NCBI RefSeq assembly: GCF_048261845.1
Contig: NZ_JBLXFR010000008.1
Span: 17,150 to 81,149 of the forward strand
DNA length: 64,000 bases
Direction of reading: 5' to 3'
Origin: Stappia sp.
Lineage (GTDB): Bacteria; Pseudomonadota; Alphaproteobacteria; Rhizobiales; Stappiaceae
Of this stretch, positions 58,499-64,000 are shown piece by piece. The first letter of the stretch is position 1; every line of letters starts with the position of its first letter. The notes below the pieces were generated by a model. The model ran no database searches. It saw only the letters and a list, made by a program, of their open reading frames with translations, and had not been told where the DNA came from. A program made the position numbers and the translations under genes.

Positions 58499-59917
58499 TC
58501 AGGACGCTGCGTCGCCGGCATCCCTGTCGATCTCGACAAAGGTACCTCTGTACCGTTTTGAAAACTCGTCCTTTCGCCGCTCTCCGACACGGACCTGGAG
58601 GCGAATCTGCAACTCCTCGTCCTGTCGCTTCAGCACATCGGTGTGCCGGTAGAGCCAAGCAAGCCCCTCGCCATCCTCGATCGCCAAGGACACGGAGTAG
58701 AAAAGGCTTCCCTCCGACAGGCGTTCCTCGATGCGATCGAGAAGGTCGTCCACGCCCTCCCCCGAGACGGCGGACAGGGCAACGGGCCCGGCACCCGAGA
58801 GGTTGCCTGATACAAGCGTCTGCCGTTGCTCCTCCGGCAGCAGGTCGACCTTGTTCCAGACCTCGACAAGCCGGGCATCCCGGTCCTCGTCAAGGCCGAG
58901 GATGTCGAGTGTCGCCGCCACATCGGCCGCCTGCGCGTCCGTGTCTTCATGCGCGATGTCGCGCACGTGCAGGATCAGGTTCGCTTCCGTCACTTCCTCC
59001 AGCGTCGCGCGGAAGGCGGCAATCAGATGCGTGGGAAGATCCGAGATGAAGCCGACGGTGTCCGACAGGATGATTTCCCGGCCATGCGGAAGCGTGACAC
59101 GACGCAGCGTCGGATCGAGCGTCGCAAACAGAAGGTCCTTGGCAAACACGTCGGACTGCGTCAGGCGATTGAAGAGGGTCGACTTGCCCGCGTTGGTGTA
59201 GCCGACCAGCGCGACCACCGGCTGCGGCACCTTCTTGCGCTTCTGGCGGTGCAGGTCACGGGTGCGGGTGACCTGTTCGAGGTCCTTCTCCAGGCGCATG
59301 ATGCGTTCCTGGATCAGGCGACGGTCGGCCTCGATCTGGGTTTCGCCCGGTCCGCCGATGAAGCCGAGACCGCCTCGCTGCCGCTCCAGATGGGTCCAGG
59401 AACGCACAAGGCGGCTTTTCTGCCACTTGAGATGCGCCAGCTCGACCTGCAACGTGCCCTCGGCAGTGCTGGCGCGTGCGCCGAAAATCTCCAGGATCAG
59501 GCCCGTACGGTCCAGAACCTTGCACTGCAGGGCTTTTTCCAGATTGCGTTGCTGGATCGGGGTGAGCGGGTGATCGATCACCACCAGCTCGGCCTCTTCC
59601 GCCTTCACGATCGCCCCCAGTTCCTCGACCTTGCCGCTGCCGAAGAGCGTGCCCGGACGGGGATTGGAGACAGTGACGATGCCGGAGGAGACAATGTCGA
59701 GATCGATCGCGGCGGCCAGCCCGATCGCTTCCTCAAGCCGGGCCTTGGGCGAGCGGCGCAATGATGCCTCTGTCGCACCATCGCCGCGATAGCGACCTGA
59801 CAGAACGGGCACAATCACGGCGGCGCGCGCGCCGGCAGCTCCGCGCGGAGCATCGAACGGATTGTCCGGCTCCTGCGCGGAGGGCTTGTCCTTGCCTGGG
59901 CGGGGCTGTTTTTTCAA
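58499..59917 (-). CDS. hflX: Ribosome-splitting GTPase HflX
   Basis: LVGYTNAGKST, LFATLDPT, DTVGF, VWNKVD. TTG start abuts the hfq stop. Confidence 0.96.
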   Translation of the reverse strand: MKKQPRPGKDKPSAQEPDNPFDAPRGAAGARAAVIVPVLSGRYRGDGATEASLRRSPKARLEEAIGLAAAIDLDIVSSGIVTVSNPRPGTLFGSGKVEELGAIVKAEEAELVVIDHPLTPIQQRNLEKALQCKVLDRTGLILEIFGARASTAEGTLQVELAHLKWQKSRLVRSWTHLERQRGGLGFIGGPGETQIEADRRLIQERIMRLEKDLEQVTRTRDLHRQKRKKVPQPVVALVGYTNAGKSTLFNRLTQSDVFAKDLLFATLDPTLRRVTLPHGREIILSDTVGFISDLPTHLIAAFRATLEEVTEANLILHVRDIAHEDTDAQAADVAATLDILGLDEDRDARLVEVWNKVDLLPEEQRQTLVSGNLSGAGPVALSAVSGEGVDDLLDRIEERLSEGSLFYSVSLAIEDGEGLAWLYRHTDVLKRQDEELQIRLQVRVGERRKDEFSKRYRGTFVEIDRDAGDAAS

Positions 59918-60175
59918 TCAGTCCGCCGCTTTTTCGCCTGCCTCGTCGGCCGGGTCGAAGAGTTGCACCGGAGCGTTCGGCATGACGGTGGAAATCGCAT
60001 GCTTGTAGACAAGCTGCGAATGGCCGTCACGCCGAAGAAGAACGCAGAAATTGTCGAACCAGGTCACGACACCCTGCAACTTCACCCCGTTGATCAGGAA
60101 AATTGTGAGCGGCGTCTTCTGTTTGCGTACGTGATTGAGGAAAGTGTCCTGAAGGTTTTGAGCGCGGTCAGCCAT
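59918..60175 (-). CDS. hfq: RNA chaperone Hfq
   Basis: [28 protein letters not shown]. Confidence 0.98.
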   Translation of the reverse strand: MADRAQNLQDTFLNHVRKQKTPLTIFLINGVKLQGVVTWFDNFCVLLRRDGHSQLVYKHAISTVMPNAPVQLFDPADEAGEKAAD

Positions 60176-60426
60176 GCTTTATATTGTCCTGCATTCGCTT
60201 TGTCGTTTATTGGTGCACCCGACCGACAACCCGACCTGAAACCGGTTTCTCGCGACCGCGAGCATTGCGCTGGGCAAGGGTCGGCGTCAAGAGCCCGGAG
60301 GAAAGCTCCCGGGCGCACGAGCGGCAGTCTAACGCATCCCGATTTGCATTTCTGCCCGTTTATGGATCACCCCGAACCGAGGGGCAGAGCCGGGGACTGA
60401 TGCCCCCGCCCTTTCGTCATTTCCGG

Positions 60427-61290
60427 TCAAACAGGTGACAACTCACTGACTGTGTGGAACATTTTACGCAGCTCCATCGTGGTCTCGCCGGGATGTCCGT
60501 TGCCGATCGTGACGTCATCAACCCTCACCACCGGCATCACGAGGGTTGAAGCGGCTGTAATGAATGCCTCTTTTGCCTGACGTGCTTCTTCCACGCTGAA
60601 GGGCCGCTCGTCAAACGTTAAACCAGCACGTTCAATCATATCCAGAACAACCTGCCGCGTGACCCCCTTGAGGATGCCGGATTGCGCTGGCCGCGTGACG
60701 AGGCAGTTGTCGCGGGTCACGATCCACGCATTGGTCGAACCGCCTTCCGTCACCATGCCCTGCGCGTCGACGAACCAGGCTTCCTTGGCGCCGGCCTCCC
60801 TGGCCTTCTGCTTGGCAAGCACGTTGGGAAGCAGGCCCACGGTCTTGATGTCCACCCTGTCCCAGCGGTTTTCCGGAACGGTGATCACGGACACGCCCTG
60901 TTCGGCCGCCTTCTCGCCCACCGCCGGTCGCACCGGCTTGGCGGTGATGACCAGGGCCGGCGGTGTATCGGCCGGCGGGAAAACATGGTCACGGCGCGCC
61001 ACGCCGCGGGTCACCTGCATGTAGACGATGCCGTCGCGCACGAGGTTCTTCCGCACGACCTGACGCAGGACCTGCGACAGCGCCGCCCGGCTCATCGGCA
61101 TGCGGATCGACAATTCGCCGAGAGAACGCTCCAGCCGGTCGAGATGCCGGCGCTCATCGACGACCTTGCCCTGCCAGATCTCGCAGACCTCATAGACACC
61201 GTCGGCGAACTGGTAGCCCCGGTCCTCAACATGGACGGCGGCTTCCGCGTGGCGAACGTAGCGTCCGTTCACATAGGCAATGCGACTCAT
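60427..61290 (-). CDS. dat: D-amino-acid transaminase (class IV aminotransferase)
   Basis: EDRGYQFADGVYEV, DIKTVGLLPN, EGGSTN, ILKGVTR. Confidence 0.9.
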   Translation of the reverse strand: MSRIAYVNGRYVRHAEAAVHVEDRGYQFADGVYEVCEIWQGKVVDERRHLDRLERSLGELSIRMPMSRAALSQVLRQVVRKNLVRDGIVYMQVTRGVARRDHVFPPADTPPALVITAKPVRPAVGEKAAEQGVSVITVPENRWDRVDIKTVGLLPNVLAKQKAREAGAKEAWFVDAQGMVTEGGSTNAWIVTRDNCLVTRPAQSGILKGVTRQVVLDMIERAGLTFDERPFSVEEARQAKEAFITAASTLVMPVVRVDDVTIGNGHPGETTMELRKMFHTVSELSPV

Positions 61291-61344
61291 TTCCCCTCCG
61301 GGTTTAAACAATCAAGCTGACATGGCGTGGAAGCGCCCGTTCTA

Positions 61345-62721
61345 TCAGAAGAATTCCAGGCTGACCCGGAACATTTGCTCGACCTGCCGAACACGTTCGG
61401 CAATGGCGAAAAGCACACAGCGGTCATGCGCCCTGATGATGGCAGACCCATCGGGAGTGATCACGTTGCCGTCCCGGAAAATCGCACCCACCCGGATGCC
61501 GTCCGGCAGATCGACTTCGCGAAGCGGTTTTCCGACCAGCGGCGATGTCTCCAGCGCCTCGGCCTCGATCACCTCAGCCGCACCGTTCTGCAAGGCATGC
61601 ACGCCGCGAATGCGGCCACGCCGAACGTGTTGCAGGATCTTCGAGATCGTCACCTGCCGCGGATTGACGAAGGCGTCGATCCCCAAAGCATGGGCGAAGG
61701 TCGGGTAACTTGGGTTGTTGAGCAGCGACAGGTTGCGCTTGCAGCCGAGCTTCTTGGCCATCACGCAGGACAGGATGTTGACCTCGTCCTCGTTGGTCAG
61801 CGCGATCAGCGTGTCCGCATCCTGGATGTCCGCTTCCAGCAACAGGTTCTGGTCGAGCGCACTGCCATGCAGGATCACCGCGCGTTTCAACGTGTCGGCG
61901 ATGCTGAGCGCCCTTTCGCGCGAGTGCTCGATGATCTTGACCTTGGCCGTCGACTGGCGTTGTTCCAGCGTGTGCGCCACGTAGTGGCCGATATTGCCGC
62001 CGCCGGCGATGACCACCCGGCTGGCCTCGGGCTCCTCGTGGCCGAAGATCGCCAGCGTCCGGCGAACCCGGTCGCGCCGTGCCACCACGTAAACGAGGTC
62101 ATCGACAAGGAGCGTGTCGGAGCTCTTGGGCACGAAGAGGTGATTGCCGCGAAAGACGCCGGTCACGACGGCGCCCAGATCGGGAAACAGCTCGGTCAGC
62201 TGACGCAGCGGCGTGTTGACCACCGGGCAGTCCTCCCGGCAGACGACGCCCACCACGACCACCTGGTCGTCGGCGAAACGCACCGTTTCCACCGCACCCG
62301 GCAGCGCCAGGCGGCGCAGCACCATCTCGCCAACCTCGATCTCGGGCGAGATGATCACGTCGATCGGCATGTTGTCGCGCGAGAACAAGTCGCTCCAGTG
62401 CGGTTTCAGGTAGCTCTGCGCGCGCACGCGCGCCACCTTGGTCGGCACCTTGAACAGCGAATGGGCCACCTGGCAGGCAACCATGTTGACTTCGTCGTAA
62501 AGCGTGACGGCGATCAGCATGTCAGCCTGGTCGGCACCGGCTTGCGCCAGCACGTCGGGATGGGCCCCGTGGCCGACGAATCCGCGCACGTCGAGCGTGT
62601 CGCGTATCCCGTTGATCAACCGCGGCGAGGAATCGATCACCGACACGTCGTTCTGCTCGGCGGCCAGCTTCTCGGCAATGCCGTAGCCAACCTGGCCGGC
62701 ACCGCAAATCACCACTCTCAT
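61345..62721 (-). CDS. trkA: Trk system K+ uptake protein TrkA
   Basis: Two RCK_N motifs (GAGQVG, GGGNIG) and RCK_C domains; 458 aa. Confidence 0.95.
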   Translation of the reverse strand: MRVVICGAGQVGYGIAEKLAAEQNDVSVIDSSPRLINGIRDTLDVRGFVGHGAHPDVLAQAGADQADMLIAVTLYDEVNMVACQVAHSLFKVPTKVARVRAQSYLKPHWSDLFSRDNMPIDVIISPEIEVGEMVLRRLALPGAVETVRFADDQVVVVGVVCREDCPVVNTPLRQLTELFPDLGAVVTGVFRGNHLFVPKSSDTLLVDDLVYVVARRDRVRRTLAIFGHEEPEASRVVIAGGGNIGHYVAHTLEQRQSTAKVKIIEHSRERALSIADTLKRAVILHGSALDQNLLLEADIQDADTLIALTNEDEVNILSCVMAKKLGCKRNLSLLNNPSYPTFAHALGIDAFVNPRQVTISKILQHVRRGRIRGVHALQNGAAEVIEAEALETSPLVGKPLREVDLPDGIRVGAIFRDGNVITPDGSAIIRAHDRCVLFAIAERVRQVEQMFRVSLEFF

Positions 62722-62800
62722 CGGATCCAGCGTCCTTTCGGAAACCTAAGGGCAGGCAATCGGGACCATGCCGACCGCCGAAGCTAGAAAAAGCGCGCGC

Positions 62801-64000
62801 TCAGGACAAGCCGAGCGACTTGAGCTTGCGATGCAGGGCGGAGCGTTCCATTCCCACGAATTCCGCCGTCCGCGAGACATTGCCGCCGAACCGCTTGATC
62901 TGCGCCTGCAGGTAGTCACGCTCGAACATCTCCCGGGCATCGCGCAGCGGCAGCGCCATCAGGTGCTCTCCGCCGCCATTTGTCGGCAGGTTCGGTACGT
63001 CGGCACCGATCTCGCCCGGCAACAGGTCTGCGGTGATCACCGCATCCGGCTCCCCCCGCGAGAGGATCATCAGCCGTTCGACATTGTTGCGCAACTGGCG
63101 CACGTTCCCCGGCCAGTCATGCGCTTGAAGAACCGCCATGGCGTCGTCGCCGATCTTGCGGATCGGCAGTCCGGAGGCAACCGAAATCTGCTCCATGAAG
63201 AACTGCACAAGGTCGGGAATGTCGTCCCTTCGGTCGGCCAGCGCGGGCACATGCAAGGGCACGACGCCAAGCCGGTGGAACAGGTCCTCCCGGAACCTTG
63301 CCTCGGAGATCTCGTTCTCCAGATTGCGGGCGCTCGAAGACAGGATGCGGATATCGACGCTTACCTTGCCGACGCCTCCCACCCGGGTGAAGGTCTGGTC
63401 GACCAGCACCCGCAGGATCTTGCCCTGCGTCTCGTAGGGCATGTCGGCAACCTCGTCGATGTAGAGGGTGCCGCCATGGGCCTCCTCCATCGCGCCAACC
63501 TTCCGTATGCGCCCGTCGACATCCTCGATGCCGAACAGTTCCTCTTCCATGCGATCGGGCGTGATCGTCGCCGCGTTGATCACCACGAACGGGTTGCGGG
63601 CCCGCTGCGACATGGCGTGAATGGTTCGGGCCGTGAGTTCCTTGCCGGCACCGGAAGGCCCCGCGATCAGCACGCGGCTGTTGGTCGGGGCAACCCGTTC
63701 GATCGTGTGCCGCAACTGGTTCATGGCGCTGCTGTCGCCCAGCAGTTCCGGCGCATCGCTGCTGCGCTGCTTCAGCTGCCTGATCTCGCGCTTCAGGGAC
63801 GACGCCTCCAGCGCCCGCTCGGTGATCAACACCAGCCGGTCGGCCTTGAACGGCTTTTCGATATAGTCGTAGGCGCCGCGCTTGATCGCCGAGACCGCCG
63901 TCTCGATATTGCCGTGGCCGGAGATGATCACGACGGGCAGTTCCGCGTCCTGCTCCTTGATCGCGTCGAGGAGCTCCAGGCCATCCATCTTGCTGCCCTG
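62801..64000 (-). CDS. ntrX: Sigma54-type response regulator NtrX, partial (5' end outside the window)
   Basis: Receiver end (ISGHGNIE), GPSGAGKE, DEVADM, WPGNVRQL, C-terminal HTH; context ntrX-trkA-dat-hfq-hflX. The frame stays open to 64000. Confidence 0.92.
   Translation of the reverse strand, partial: QGSKMDGLELLDAIKEQDAELPVVIISGHGNIETAVSAIKRGAYDYIEKPFKADRLVLITERALEASSLKREIRQLKQRSSDAPELLGDSSAMNQLRHTIERVAPTNSRVLIAGPSGAGKELTARTIHAMSQRARNPFVVINAATITPDRMEEELFGIEDVDGRIRKVGAMEEAHGGTLYIDEVADMPYETQGKILRVLVDQTFTRVGGVGKVSVDIRILSSSARNLENEISEARFREDLFHRLGVVPLHVPALADRRDDIPDLVQFFMEQISVASGLPIRKIGDDAMAVLQAHDWPGNVRQLRNNVERLMILSRGEPDAVITADLLPGEIGADVPNLPTNGGGEHLMALPLRDAREMFERDYLQAQIKRFGGNVSRTAEFVGMERSALHRKLKSLGLS

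Overview
A high-GC alphaproteobacterial (Hyphomicrobiales-like) chromosomal segment that appears to lie at the replication terminus. A 28-bp XerC/XerD dif-like site sits at 726-753, and all 15 KOPS octamers I found by eye to its right point toward it. Next to dif is a lower-GC islet (about 754-2065) with a minimal mer-like unit: merR, a MerR-type 19-bp-spacer promoter, a merT-like gene and a 10-Cys GDCCVxC protein, but no merA or merP. The islet ends in an orphan IS-like terminus. The rest is mostly core or metabolic: a purine catabolism and uptake cluster (LysR, uraH, xdhABC, BMP-type ABC), qor-terC-pcs, a UbiH-family hydroxylase, a Chloroflexus-type malyl-CoA lyase with a PhaR-like box, hspQ and ialB. 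It also holds an unexplained operon (orphan YejA-like binding protein, degenerate adenylation enzyme, PleD/PopA-like protein with an RxxD site but no GGDEF, DsbA-like), eno-kdsA/galU-epimerase/glmU, and a peptide-type ABC transporter divergent from an MttB-family methyltransferase and a GcvT-family oxidoreductase. The right end carries a LysR/DUF1127-like pair, xylAB, arfB, mazG and ntrX(partial)-trkA-dat-hfq-hflX. I saw no tRNA, rRNA, CRISPR array or intact transposase. Protein calls rest on motifs and recalled family similarity, not database searches. Several starts were moved downstream of the ORF-track start using RBS and N-terminal plausibility.
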